DNA from: a virus | Lineage: Duplodnaviria > Caudoviricetes | Length of the DNA stretch: 62,053 nucleotides | IMG/VR virus record: IMGVR_UViG_3300023174_000173 | Coordinates: 1 to 62,053 of that record | Strand: one strand, 5' to 3' | Shown: piece after piece, positions 1 through 10,600 of the stretch | Numbering within the stretch: the first letter of the stretch is position 1 | How the letters are laid out: each line of letters begins with the position of its first letter | Translations under genes and position numbers: made by a program | The notes under the pieces: generated by a model | Database searches by the model: none | The model's input: only the letters and a program-made list of their open reading frames with translations | What the model was told of the DNA's origin: nothing

Positions 1-17
1 AACCCAGACATGATACC
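1..17. repeat. Terminal direct repeat, identical to 62037-62053 (circular assembly overlap)
   Basis: aacccagacatgatacc is present at both ends and an ORF reads in frame across the join. Confidence 0.9.
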
Positions 18-305
18 AGTAGCCGCAGGAGTAACAGTAGGAGCAACAGTAGGAGCAACAGCACCGGCACCAAACGCACCGGGAGTAACAGCGCCACCAA
101 CAATACCGGGAAGAGACGCCCCACCAGCTAGAGCACTACCCGCAAGAATACCCCCTTCAAGCGCAGCCCCACTTGTCAACAAAGCTGTACCCGCCATAGT
201 ACCAGTAGCAGTGCCCCCAGCCGCAATAGCCGCAGCGGTTACGGGGTCGTTGTATAGACGTATGCCATCTCGGCTGTAGCCATTAAATTTATTTGGTATT
301 CTCAT
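1..305 (-). CDS. N-terminal part (98 extra aa) of the ejection/internal virion protein continuing at 62047-60545 (about 598 aa total)
   Basis: ATG at 305 overlaps the upstream stop (ATGA). The frame is open: MRIPNKFNGYSRDGIRLYNDPVTAAAIAAGG...TGIM, and the Met at 11-9 is the Met at 62047. Confidence 0.85.
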   Translation of the reverse strand, partial: MRIPNKFNGYSRDGIRLYNDPVTAAAIAAGGTATGTMAGTALLTSGAALEGGILAGSALAGGASLPGIVGGAVTPGAFGAGAVAPTVAPTVTPAATGIMSG

Positions 306-694
306 GCGTAATTACTCCTGTCGCAACGTAGTAGTATTGTACCGTTTTGTGCGCCGAATTTAACAAATCCTAACCTTTCGCAGAACCGTAGCCCAACGTG
401 GTTTTCCTCTTGTACTTGCGTTACCGCCCAGCCATATTTATTTACTACACCGCCAAGAATAGATCGAATGTACGCCCTAATAGATCTTTTTGGTTTAACC
501 CCATATCCTACATGGATTTGATTATTTTTTAACAACACCCCGCCAATTACTCGCCCATCTTCGGTAAGAGGCACAACTTCCCAATCTTTTATTGCTTCCA
601 AATACTCTACCAACCCAATTGTCAAACGGTGCTTTACAGACTCATACACCATAATAAGGGCGCGGTCTTGGGGGGTCATTATCCAACTTTCCAA
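302..694 (-). CDS. GNAT-fold acyltransferase-like protein
   Basis: C-terminal V.EEN..GLRFCERLGF GNAT motif; sits before the ejection genes like T7 gp13. Start is probably the second Met (679). Confidence 0.65.
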   Translation of the reverse strand: MESWIMTPQDRALIMVYESVKHRLTIGLVEYLEAIKDWEVVPLTEDGRVIGGVLLKNNQIHVGYGVKPKRSIRAYIRSILGGVVNKYGWAVTQVQEENHVGLRFCERLGFVKFGAQNGTILLRCDRSNYA

Positions 695-1011
695 TTAGTA
701 CCATCTGAATACACAGGCACTTTTGTAGATCCGCCTCCCGCTACTGTAGTTCCAAACGTAGATATAGACGAATCTGTAACAAAGGCTCTTGCTCCTACCT
801 CAACATCGGCGGCACTCGGTAATTTAGCCACTACATAAACGCCACCTAGCGTTAATTGATTTATAAAATTATCAATTTGAGTAAAATACAAACGCAGAAT
901 ATTATTTAAATCGTCAACATATTTTTGTTGGTAGTCAGCAGTTGCAATTGGTAATGAAGGAGCGTTAACTCGCGTAAGCGTTGTTTTTTTAGTTAAAATA
1001 ATTCCAGTCAT
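679..1011 (-). CDS. Conserved virion-associated protein
   Basis: Coupled ORF after the tail stabilisation gene; LNNILRLYF helix followed by a VPVYSDGTNW beta module. Confidence 0.6.
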   Translation of the reverse strand: MTGIILTKKTTLTRVNAPSLPIATADYQQKYVDDLNNILRLYFTQIDNFINQLTLGGVYVVAKLPSAADVEVGARAFVTDSSISTFGTTVAGGGSTKVPVYSDGTNWKVG

Positions 1012-1013
1012 AC

Positions 1014-3482
1014 TTATCTCCGACCATCAGGACGAACATTAAGACGGGGTACACCTAACTGCCATTGAGTGCCAATAGTGTTGCAGTCAACTCTAAATGC
1101 TAATTGACGGCCCCGAGCGCGGGTGTACACAATCTCAGTAAACAATTGCACGTCATACGTATTTTTTTGCGCGTAAGATTCTTTTGACGCGACATTCGGT
1201 GAGGTCGCCACACTGTAGTTAGAGCCGGGGTTTTGCCTTGGGCGAATTGTAAACGTTACATTCGGCACATTAGGGGTTGGAGTAGTTGACCCATCAAAAG
1301 TTATATCCGGAATAATCTGCCACACAAACCCATAGTTATATCCATCCCCAATATCAAAGTCTGACGATTGCACATACGATGGAATAGGCAAAGGAGGGTT
1401 AGTTGTGCCGTCATCAACAATAGATTCATGAAACACTAATAAATTAGATGCGTACAATTTAACGTAACTATTTGCAATATGACTAGTAGCAGTAGAATTT
1501 TTAGTTCCTACAGTAGCCCCGCGAGTACACGTTACAAAACTCGTCGCAGTTTTAGAAGCATAAGCAATTAACTCATTATCTATTTGTAAAACGCCAGAGT
1601 TAGGAAAACTTCCTGTATCAGTTACCGGTATGGTTGTTACTTCAGCGTCAATGTTTTCTAACAGTGTGGCCCACTGCACACTTGTAGTAGCTTGTGGATA
1701 TTGGCGTAAAGGGCTGTCTAGCCAAGCAGTACGGTTTAAATTGCCGTAATACCAAACACGATCAAGGTAGTTAAAGATGACGTAGCGATCAATGACAGTG
1801 CTATTAGCAGAACAATAAAACCACCACACTTCGCTAAATCCTTCATTAGTGCCGCATGTAATTTGAAGCGCTTGATCTCGGTTAATGTCATTAAATATGT
1901 AAGAACGCACGGCACATGGCAACGTTTCAGTTCGCCCTGAATGAACATAGAATTTATCTTGCCCCATCCAATACGTAACACCATTAGCCGTTGCCATAGC
2001 GTTAGGAGAAATGATGGATATGTTGTCCGCTAGAATAGTAAAGCTAAACACATATGGTGGTCCCAAATACTGCATTGAATAAAGCGCGGAATCTGTCCAC
2101 ACTAGAATTTCTTGTCGTGTCTGTAGCCCACCAATAATTTGAGACCCACGAGATAAACGATAACTACCTGCTTGATTTGTTACTGCTGGTGACCACACCG
2201 TATAATCTTCATTAGTAGACCAACGAATAAGCAAAGGATCAAAAGCACCATCCCCGCCTAAAGTAGCAGTGAAGTTATTACAACCTAGCGCGATGACAAT
2301 ACGTGTAGCGTCCGACACCATCACCTGATACACCTGCGAGGGGCATTGAGTTGTATTATTAGAAGTAAGAGCTACACCGGGGTTGTTAGTAAAAGTTGGC
2401 GTGGTGTTTGAACCGGGGTTCCAATAATAAATAGATTCGCCTCTTGGTGCAAAAAGTAATTGCTGTCCAAAGTTCGATTGACTCCATAAACGCATTTGTG
2501 CGCCAAGACCTGATACACCTGATGTATACGCCGTACCCCAACCATGCGCCCATAAATCACTTGACGACCCAGCATTCCAAGGTCCCGCGCCCCAACCAGT
2601 ACCATACGTAGCAATTGCAGAGCCTTGTGAAAGAGCGTACTTACCAACGGTAGCCACCCCACCATCTCCGGTATCATCAGCAGTAGCTAAAACAAGTGCC
2701 CCCGGGAATTCCACAGATGTGCCCGCTGTACGAGCTTGAATAGTGTAAGTGTTCGTTCCAGTAGTGGTTATTTGATATTGCTGATTTAAAACAGCGGCGG
2801 TTATACCGTCTGTTCTAGCAAGTGTTTGTGTTCCGGTTCCAGTACTAGTAATGTCAATAGCTGCACCGCCAGAGGTTAACGACAAACTACAGGTAGCCCC
2901 CGATGCGTTTACAACATAATAAGTAGTACCCGTAGCCAATCCGCCGGGCGCGGCGCTAGTCGTAAATAATTGAACAGTAGTGCCGTTAGCAAGCGCTGTT
3001 GTAAACGTAATTACATCTGTTGTATCGTCTGCTGTGTAGGTTTGAGTGCTTAAAGCAACAGCGCCACTAAATGTAACAAAATCCCCCGTCTCCCCACCAA
3101 AAGCTGCATCGGTAACTGTGATAGTGGGCAAGCCGTCAGTAGCTGCAAAAGTTACATCCCCAGCCGCAGTGGTGCTTCTAGTAGGTGTAATGTCGTAGTA
3201 CGCGCCACCGTAAGCGATATAAAATTTTAGGTTAGTGCCAAGACCTAATAAAACAACATTTTGAAGCGTAGCCCAATTCCACAAAGACCGTGCAACACCT
3301 ACAAAATTAGCATACGTACCGTCTGTATTAGCTGCGTTATCAACTATCGACCAACCACCAATCTTTTCAGGATAACCAGAACGAAACCGTATCTTGTCTG
3401 ACTCAAACCAACCGCCCTCGTTGGCAAGTGTAGTACCTTCGCGGTTAACGCCCGGACGAAATTGGAGTTTTTGTAAAGGCAC
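1014..3482 (-). CDS. Tail tubular B / P22 gp10-like tail stabilisation (hub) protein
   Basis: 822 aa, beta-rich and Trp-rich (IRWS, EVWWFY, YVIFNYLDRVWYYG); ends PDGRR; genomic position. Confidence 0.7.
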   Translation of the reverse strand: MPLQKLQFRPGVNREGTTLANEGGWFESDKIRFRSGYPEKIGGWSIVDNAANTDGTYANFVGVARSLWNWATLQNVVLLGLGTNLKFYIAYGGAYYDITPTRSTTAAGDVTFAATDGLPTITVTDAAFGGETGDFVTFSGAVALSTQTYTADDTTDVITFTTALANGTTVQLFTTSAAPGGLATGTTYYVVNASGATCSLSLTSGGAAIDITSTGTGTQTLARTDGITAAVLNQQYQITTTGTNTYTIQARTAGTSVEFPGALVLATADDTGDGGVATVGKYALSQGSAIATYGTGWGAGPWNAGSSSDLWAHGWGTAYTSGVSGLGAQMRLWSQSNFGQQLLFAPRGESIYYWNPGSNTTPTFTNNPGVALTSNNTTQCPSQVYQVMVSDATRIVIALGCNNFTATLGGDGAFDPLLIRWSTNEDYTVWSPAVTNQAGSYRLSRGSQIIGGLQTRQEILVWTDSALYSMQYLGPPYVFSFTILADNISIISPNAMATANGVTYWMGQDKFYVHSGRTETLPCAVRSYIFNDINRDQALQITCGTNEGFSEVWWFYCSANSTVIDRYVIFNYLDRVWYYGNLNRTAWLDSPLRQYPQATTSVQWATLLENIDAEVTTIPVTDTGSFPNSGVLQIDNELIAYASKTATSFVTCTRGATVGTKNSTATSHIANSYVKLYASNLLVFHESIVDDGTTNPPLPIPSYVQSSDFDIGDGYNYGFVWQIIPDITFDGSTTPTPNVPNVTFTIRPRQNPGSNYSVATSPNVASKESYAQKNTYDVQLFTEIVYTRARGRQLAFRVDCNTIGTQWQLGVPRLNVRPDGRR

Positions 3483-3492
3483 GGTTTACTCC

Positions 3493-5625
3493 TTAGACCC
3501 AACCACCGACGTTAATAGCCGCCGTAGTAGCCGTACTTAAAGCACGAATTTTTATGTACGATCCTGCTAGTGTTGAGTAAGAACCTCCTGCGGATACTCC
3601 AGTAGCAACCGTTGTTGAGCTAGATGTTAAATATTTTGGCGTAAATGTTCCTGCTGTAGTAAACGTAATTGTTCCAATAATTCTAGCTTGTAATATATTA
3701 TTTGTATTTGTACTCGCCATTGAAGGTGTCGTCAATGTTGAAGCCGCAGATGATATAAGACCAAAAAGACTGCCAGTAGCACCCGCCGTTATTGCCGCAG
3801 TAGGTCCAGTAAGAAGTGCGGTACCTGTACTTACATCGTAATACCCATTAACCCAATAGTTTGCATTACTAATAGTACCGGCTCCGGCATCAAGCGACAA
3901 CCATAGTGAATGTGCAACAGCGCCCGAAGTTTTTGACAAAATAAACGACATGTATATTTCATACGTAGTGTTTGCCGCTACAGGTATACCCACACCAAAC
4001 AAAGATATTGGCGAAGCACTTGCCCCGGGGGTGTAGTTTGCCCCTAAACGATATACAGCTTCTGAAGGCAGTGTAGTGGTGTCCATCGTGCCGTACTTAG
4101 CAGACAACATACCGGCTGAAGAAATTGTTACACGATCAACCATTGCTATCTGGGCAGTACCTGAAGTGCCAGCGGGGGCTGTTTGTAATACTATGCTGCC
4201 AGAACCAGCCGTGCCAGTGCCATTACCCGCTGCAATAGTAAGATTTGCACCTGCCACATTAGTGCCAGTACGATTAGGACCACGAACAGTATTTCCTGTA
4301 GTAGACGCGGATGCTTCACCAGCACCAACAATAATGTTGCCATCACTATTAACACGAAGCCGTTCAACTAAAGTAGTTGATAGCGCAGGTATGGTGCTAA
4401 TTGAAAGATATCCCGGCGCACTAGTTGTAAAAACTGCCCCATCTGCAACCCCACGAATAGTTGCAGCAGGTTGAAACTGACTACCATCTGCCGCAGAAAA
4501 ATTAACTGTACCTAACAAAGCTCCAGCAGGTACTGCGACAAACGATCCTACTCCTGATGTTGCATATGATCTTGCTAGTTCTAGCGACGGACCTATTTGC
4601 GCTGTGCTGGAATTAAATAAAGCTAACCCCAATGCTGCGCTGTTAGCATCTGTGCCAAGTTCTTGTATACGCGGAATTCCGGTGCCACTTGCAGAAAAAC
4701 CAGATATTGAAGCCGTAGCACCAGTAATAATGCGCCCGTTAGTATCAATCACAAATGGCGTACTGTCTGGATTAGTGTCGTCGTCTACAAGTAACGCGTT
4801 TCCAGCACCGGTTTGAGTTACACGTAGTGCAGGTATTGTGCTACTACCATCAATTACTACTCCCGCACCAATAGCGCCGTTTATTGTTATTAAATCGTCC
4901 GTAACAAGTGCCGTACCATTTATAGGAGTGGCTGAAGGAGTGGCAGTAACAGTAAAGTTAAGCGCTGTAGCTGTAGTAACTGTATAGACACCTGAAGGGA
5001 ACGTGCCGGAAGTGGTAATAATATAAACTTGAGTTGTACCCGCTACGTAGGAATTATTAACCGTAAACGTTCCATTGTTGACAGAAGCGCCAGTTAAAGT
5101 GTATGTAGCTGATAAACGTGCGCTCCCAAAAGTGGCGTTGCTAGAAAAATTAGTTGTGCCGCCTACTGTAAAATTACCGGCTACATAGTTAAGTTGCTCA
5201 ACCATGTCTGTTCCAGTACAACGCACTAAAGCAGAACCAGACGGGGGTATGGTAACTCCCGATCCCGCTGGTGTGGTGTTACCGCGAACAGAGCTTGCGT
5301 AAATTGTGCAGCTATAACTTCCGCTTAAATTTTTTACGACATATAATTTTTGTACAGGAGGCGCGTAAACGTTATAAGATTGCCCTGCTGTGGGAGTTGA
5401 TGTTGTACTTAACGCAAGAGCCGCACACCGAGCTTCATCGCTTATAGCGCCATCATTTGCTACTAATGCTTGGTCTACGCTGGTAGTAGTTACACTAGCC
5501 GTCTTTGCAATCGCTTCTTCTAGCACATACTGAAAGTTATTATTGGTCGTTGACCCCCAAGTACCCGACTGTTCGCCGTTACCAATAAGTTCAATACGTA
5601 AATCGGGTGAGTATGTACTAGACAT
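3493..5625 (-). CDS. Tail fibre/spike protein 2
   Basis: N-terminal MSSTYSPDLRIELI..GEQSGTWG anchor; S/T/G/A-rich; ERLRVNSDG fibre motif. Confidence 0.7.
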   Translation of the reverse strand: MSSTYSPDLRIELIGNGEQSGTWGSTTNNNFQYVLEEAIAKTASVTTTSVDQALVANDGAISDEARCAALALSTTSTPTAGQSYNVYAPPVQKLYVVKNLSGSYSCTIYASSVRGNTTPAGSGVTIPPSGSALVRCTGTDMVEQLNYVAGNFTVGGTTNFSSNATFGSARLSATYTLTGASVNNGTFTVNNSYVAGTTQVYIITTSGTFPSGVYTVTTATALNFTVTATPSATPINGTALVTDDLITINGAIGAGVVIDGSSTIPALRVTQTGAGNALLVDDDTNPDSTPFVIDTNGRIITGATASISGFSASGTGIPRIQELGTDANSAALGLALFNSSTAQIGPSLELARSYATSGVGSFVAVPAGALLGTVNFSAADGSQFQPAATIRGVADGAVFTTSAPGYLSISTIPALSTTLVERLRVNSDGNIIVGAGEASASTTGNTVRGPNRTGTNVAGANLTIAAGNGTGTAGSGSIVLQTAPAGTSGTAQIAMVDRVTISSAGMLSAKYGTMDTTTLPSEAVYRLGANYTPGASASPISLFGVGIPVAANTTYEIYMSFILSKTSGAVAHSLWLSLDAGAGTISNANYWVNGYYDVSTGTALLTGPTAAITAGATGSLFGLISSAASTLTTPSMASTNTNNILQARIIGTITFTTAGTFTPKYLTSSSTTVATGVSAGGSYSTLAGSYIKIRALSTATTAAINVGGWV

Positions 5626-5626
5626 G

Positions 5627-6106
5627 TTAGTTTCCTAAATAGATTGCGCGTTCGTCTTTGCGGCGGTTCTCAAGTCCTTTTAAGACTTTACCACCGGCTT
5701 TGGAATACTTTAAGAACTCTTCGGCAGCTCCCGCATAGTCGCCCCGGTTATGTTTCTGTCGCAGTGTGCTGCGTTGCAATGTGCCCAAACCTACGTTAAA
5801 ACTAAAACTTACAAGAGCGTCAAGCCAGCTTTGATTATTAATAGCGCTAGGGCAATAGCGCAGAACTCCCGCAGCAAAACGATCAAGGTCTTTTGCAAGT
5901 ATGGCATCTACTTCCTCCATTGTAAACAAGCGGTTATCTTCCGGTCTAATCGGGTATTTAATCCGGTCTTCCATACTAAGTTTTGCTTGCTCCGGATAAA
6001 GTACATGCCCCACGCCGATTGTATGCAGGGCAGCAGGGCACCGATAGGGTTTTAGCTTTACCCCTTCGTGGTGCTTAATCATATCAAGTGCTTTTTTGCT
6101 AATCAT
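5627..6106 (-). CDS. Endolysin, GH24 (T4/RrrD-like) lysozyme
   Basis: HEG..KPYRCPA..HTIGVGH (E-x8-C-x5-T triad), ALVSFSFNVG, GL..RR.DE. Confidence 0.9.
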   Translation of the reverse strand: MISKKALDMIKHHEGVKLKPYRCPAALHTIGVGHVLYPEQAKLSMEDRIKYPIRPEDNRLFTMEEVDAILAKDLDRFAAGVLRYCPSAINNQSWLDALVSFSFNVGLGTLQRSTLRQKHNRGDYAGAAEEFLKYSKAGGKVLKGLENRRKDERAIYLGN

Positions 6107-6618
6107 TTACCAAACGCCCGACCACCGAAATGAAACGCTATGATGCTTGCAAACAGGGCTTGAGTCTCGTCATCCCACAACTGGTTAGCTAACGTATTAA
6201 AGTCTGTCCCACTTGTTAGTCCTTTGTACGCCAACGTAGCATCAATACCAACCAGCAAGAAAAAGAAACCATAAGTAATTACAGGGCGCACAGATGCGCG
6301 TAGGTCTTTCATCCAAATAGATGTGCCTTCAGATAGCGCCGTATCATGGGCGTATATAGCATTCATCTCCGCATTTTGTGCATCGATTAGCGAGACTTTC
6401 TCCGCAGATTGTGTCTGAGTCTTAATCTCGTCTAGTTTGATTTCTTCGATGTGTTGCTGTGCCGCGTATCCTGCGGCGGCTAGTTGTAGCTCCCGCTCTG
6501 TTTGCATCTGGGCTAATTTAAGCTCATGGTTTTTATCCGACTTGTCTTGGAAGAAGTCGAGTAGTTTGGGCAAGCCGCCCATTAAGAACGATAAAAATGT
6601 TGAAAGTAGTGTAAGCAT
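6103..6618 (-). CDS. Holin-like membrane protein (3TM GTA-holin type)
   Basis: LRASVRPVITY and IIAFHFGGR motifs, hydrophobic segments, adjacent to lysozyme. Confidence 0.7.
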   Translation of the reverse strand: MLTLLSTFLSFLMGGLPKLLDFFQDKSDKNHELKLAQMQTERELQLAAAGYAAQQHIEEIKLDEIKTQTQSAEKVSLIDAQNAEMNAIYAHDTALSEGTSIWMKDLRASVRPVITYGFFFLLVGIDATLAYKGLTSGTDFNTLANQLWDDETQALFASIIAFHFGGRAFGK

Positions 6619-6911
6619 TATGGCTCCTGCATTTCCATTAAAATTTTAGCGCGTAGTTCACGCATTTTCTTTACTTCTTCCATAGCTGCGGCTGTTGCAT
6701 TATTCATATCCATATACATTACCCCCATCACGGGAAGAGCAATCACTAACACAAAACACAAGACCACCACGGCGATGAGTAAGCTCCACGGTACGTCACG
6801 CTCGTCCTTATCAGTATCATTAGCCATAGGAACCACATCGTTACGAACAACACTGCGAAAATGGAAGTCATTTGACTTTGGAGTTGCTTTTTTATCCTTG
6901 CCCGTCGCCAT
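6618..6911 (-). CDS. Single-TM membrane protein overlapping the upstream gene (lysis accessory candidate)
   Basis: Hydrophobic LLIAVVVLCFVLVIALPVMGVMY; stop coupled to the holin ATG. Confidence 0.55.
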   Translation of the reverse strand: MATGKDKKATPKSNDFHFRSVVRNDVVPMANDTDKDERDVPWSLLIAVVVLCFVLVIALPVMGVMYMDMNNATAAAMEEVKKMRELRAKILMEMQEP

Positions 6912-7351
6912 TGAGCCATCCGTTGTTTTACTGTTTCTTGCCGCTGAATTTCAGCACGTTCGGCTTTAATCTTGTCCCGCATCACCTCAAACTCTGACCA
7001 TATAGCCCCCAAATGCGGAGGAGCTGAATATATGAGCATTTCACGTAATTCTGTTTCTAACTTTACCATTTCTTTCTGTGCCAAAATTCTATTAAAAGCC
7101 TCTTGGTTTACAGATACATCGGATGATTTTTTTACCTTTATTTCTTCTTCGTGAACATGCTTTTCAAGTTCTTCGTGTGCTTTAAAAAACCCGCCCAAGT
7201 GGACGCTAATATCAGAAACCACATCTTTGGCTTGCCCATACGCATCGACCAACTCCATCCCCTGCGCCTTGTACTTTTGATACATCTCACAGCCTTTGCG
7301 TATTGCGGCAGCGGCTGTTTTTGCGGCGGCTAGGAGGGTGAGCGGATCAAT
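6746..7351 (-). CDS. Coiled-coil protein with C-terminal TM; probable non-canonical ATT start at 7351
   Basis: SD GAGGA 7 nt before an in-frame ATT giving IDPLTLLAAAKTA...; first ATG is at 7285. Confidence 0.6.
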   Translation of the reverse strand: MDPLTLLAAAKTAAAAIRKGCEMYQKYKAQGMELVDAYGQAKDVVSDISVHLGGFFKAHEELEKHVHEEEIKVKKSSDVSVNQEAFNRILAQKEMVKLETELREMLIYSAPPHLGAIWSEFEVMRDKIKAERAEIQRQETVKQRMAQWRRARIKKQLQSQMTSIFAVLFVTMWFLWLMILIRTSVTYRGAYSSPWWSCVLC

Positions 7352-7366
7352 TTGGTATTCCTCTTT

Positions 7367-7663
7367 TTACCAAGGCATGCCGTTTTGTTTAACTTCATTT
7401 TTGCGAAGTTTGTACGCAGCAAGTTCAGCATCAGCCGATTCTTGAGATTGATCGCCGACCAATTTTTTAACCCATGCTATAACGTCAGTCTCGGTCAAAT
7501 CGGCGTAATCAATTGGATCGCTTTTAGGAGCAGGTAACGCCGTGAAGTAATTATGTGTAAAACTATCGGTGCCATCTGACGCTGTAATAGTAAAAGCTAC
7601 TGTCTGCACAATGCCTGAACCGTCACGCATCATGTCAATAATTTTGTATTCGTATGTGTTCAT
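7367..7663 (-). CDS. Tail fibre-associated small protein (assembly/chaperone-like)
   Basis: YADLTETDVIAWVK...GMPW pattern directly downstream of the fibre gene. Confidence 0.6.
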   Translation of the reverse strand: MNTYEYKIIDMMRDGSGIVQTVAFTITASDGTDSFTHNYFTALPAPKSDPIDYADLTETDVIAWVKKLVGDQSQESADAELAAYKLRKNEVKQNGMPW

Positions 7664-7677
7664 TTTTATTTCCTTGA

Positions 7678-10600
7678 TTAAGCGGTTACTGCTTTAATTA
7701 CTGCAAAGTTAAACACAGGAGCATCAGTAGCAACTCCACCGGTAGTATAAAAAGTAATATTAAACGAACCCGCTGCGGTAGCAGTAACCATCGCGATGTA
7801 GAGGTTTGTGCCGGATTTTTGGCTAACATGAATTACATCAGTCGCCGCTACCGTTGAATTAGTAACAGTAAATGTGGTGGCAGTAATAGAACCCGCAGCC
7901 GAGAACAGCGTTATTGCGCCATTAGTTTTGTTCAATGTTACGCCAGTAGTGCGAGAAGTTAATTGCGTAACCGCGCCACCAGAACCTGTCGTGTAACCAA
8001 GACCACCAGCGCCATATATTAAAACATCGCCATTAAACCAATTTTGTGCAGTACCTGCCATGTACAGGTTATAGCGACCAGTTGCAGCAGGTATATCACC
8101 GTAAAACCCATAATTTGCAGTAAGTGCACCAACTAGACTAGCCCCAGCAATGAATCCGTATTGGCGAGTGATTGAAGAACCAGAACCTATGGTTCCTTGA
8201 TTAGCTGTGTAATGATATAAATCAGTAAGTGTAAAACTAGTTGCTTGAGTTGATGGTGATGATCTGTATATTTGAGAAACAGAAGTTACATCCGATTGAA
8301 TAGTGCTATTTACAGCAACACCGTAAGCAGTACCTGAACTAGTAGCTCCTCCCGAAATATTTGCTCCAACAGCCAACACTCGATCAGTTAAACTTGTAGT
8401 GCCAATACCTAAACGACCTGCCATGTAATTATCGGCAGTGCCCTGCATGTACAAGTTCCAGCGTGTGCTTACTACAACGGATCCAGTGGTCGTAACCGCC
8501 GCAAATGTCTGGCTGGTGGTGGATGTAAACGTGAATGATCCTGACGCAGCACCAGCAACTGTCTTGCCTGAGCCTTGTATGTTTAATGTGACTACACCTG
8601 TACCAGAACCAGCAATAGCGGTAGTAAGCGTACTTCCTATTGCATAAGTTACACCAGTTGTTCCAGCAAGTGCATTCCAGTCTGTATTACCTAAAGTCAA
8701 AATAGTACAAGGAACTCCACTCACTAAAGCAGTCGCATTGGCAGTAGCCGTTACAGTTACAATCTGCCCGACAGTATAGGTACCTGCACTATGATTTACT
8801 GTTACCGTGGTGCCGCTACTAGATATGCTGCTGACCGTTCCGGTGGTTGTAATGCCTGACGTTGGTGCGGGTATAGCGCCAAGGAAACCGTAATTGTTTG
8901 TCGCCCCTGTGATGTTTGTTTCAATTTGAAATGCAGCTTGATTAGTTACTACTGAACTAGCGCCAAAAGTTCCTTGAGCCGCAAAAAAATGATTAAGTGT
9001 TGGTAATGTAAACGCTGCTGCTGCTGTAGCAGCACTTGTTCTGTAATACCGTGCATCAGACGTAACATCAGACTGAACAACGCTTGTAATTGAAACACCA
9101 GTAGATGCAGTACCACCAGTAATGGTCTTAGCAATACGTAAAGCATCACTCGTTACAGATGTAGCACCAATACCCAATGATCCCGCCATATAATTGTTAG
9201 CAGTGCCCTGCATGTACAGGTTCCAGCGATTAGTAGCAGCAGGTATATTACCGTAGAAGCCATAGTTGTTGGATGCGTCAACTAAAGATGCCCCGGCAAT
9301 ATAACCATACTGGTTAGTAACAGTAGAAGCAGAACCAAGTGTTAATTGGGTGGCGTTGTAGTGAGTAATGTTTCCAACCGTAATTGACGCCGCAGTTGTC
9401 ATCTGCGTTCTAAATGCTGTGCCGCTTACTGTTACGACTGATTGAATTACTGGGCTAACATCAACAGCAACGGCGGTAGTCGCACCAGTAAGGTCTTTAT
9501 TAACACGCAAACTATAACCAGTTAATGCAGTAGCGCCAATTCCTAACGCCCCTGCCATGTAGTTATCGGCAGTACCTTGCATATATAAATTATATTGACC
9601 TGTACCGAAAGGAATTGCGCCATAAAATCCATAATCATTAGTTGCGCCTATAAGCGTACTGTCAGCAAGAAATCCATATTGACTACCAACTGAAGAACCG
9701 GAAAATGATCCTTGCTCTGTTCTGAAATACGCTAATTGTGTAAGGGCTGTTCCTGTTTGGAGAGCTACAAGCGCATTAAAAAGACGCGCATTTGCTGATA
9801 CATCATTTAAAACAGTTGATGCAAGTAACACCCCATAACTAGTGCCACTTGCGCCACCAGTAATGTTTTTTGTTATTGCTAGTGATCTTCCCGCAGTGGT
9901 TGCCCCAGAAGACCCAATTTGTACTTGACCAGCATTATCAATACGCATTCGTTCAGTAAGCGATGATGCGCCATCGGCAGTAGTGCTAAATGTTAATCTA
10001 GTTGGCATGTCGTTAGTGCCCGGTGCGCCATCTACCACAGCAGCTATTTGTGCTGCTTGTATTCCCGTAGCCCCATCATCAGCGATCCATAGAATACTAC
10101 CTAATGCGTCATTATTTGCCACAGCCCCAGAAGGAGCGCCAATAGTTCCTACAGTTGTGTTTCTTGATTTTAAAAATGCAAAATAACCGGCTGATACATC
10201 AGCAGAAAATCTTCCTACTCCATCAGCAGAAAGGCTATTAGTACTTCCAAGAGTCTGGATTTGGGGTGCGAGGCCGGAAACAAAAGTAATTGCTGAAGTT
10301 TTACCTGTAATTACACGACCGTTAGTGTCAATAACAAATGGTGTACTGTCAGGACTAGCACTATCTTCTACTAACAAAGCATTACCAGCTCCAGTTTGTG
10401 TAACTGTTAGAGCTGGAGACGATGACGAACTTGTGATGACTGTATTGGGGGCGTTAAATGTAGTGCCAGCAGAATCAACATAAAGTGCGCGTTCTGAAGG
10501 GTATGTACAAAATACGTTAACCGCGCCGCTGTCACTAGAAAAAGTTACGGCAGAACCAGCATTACTGGATGAAAGAATTGTTGTTCGTGTTAATGTAGGG

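Noticed and set aside
10-279. 89-aa plus-strand ORF
   Set aside because: Antisense shadow of the origin-spanning minus-strand virion gene. The same applies to most short opposite-strand ORFs in the track.
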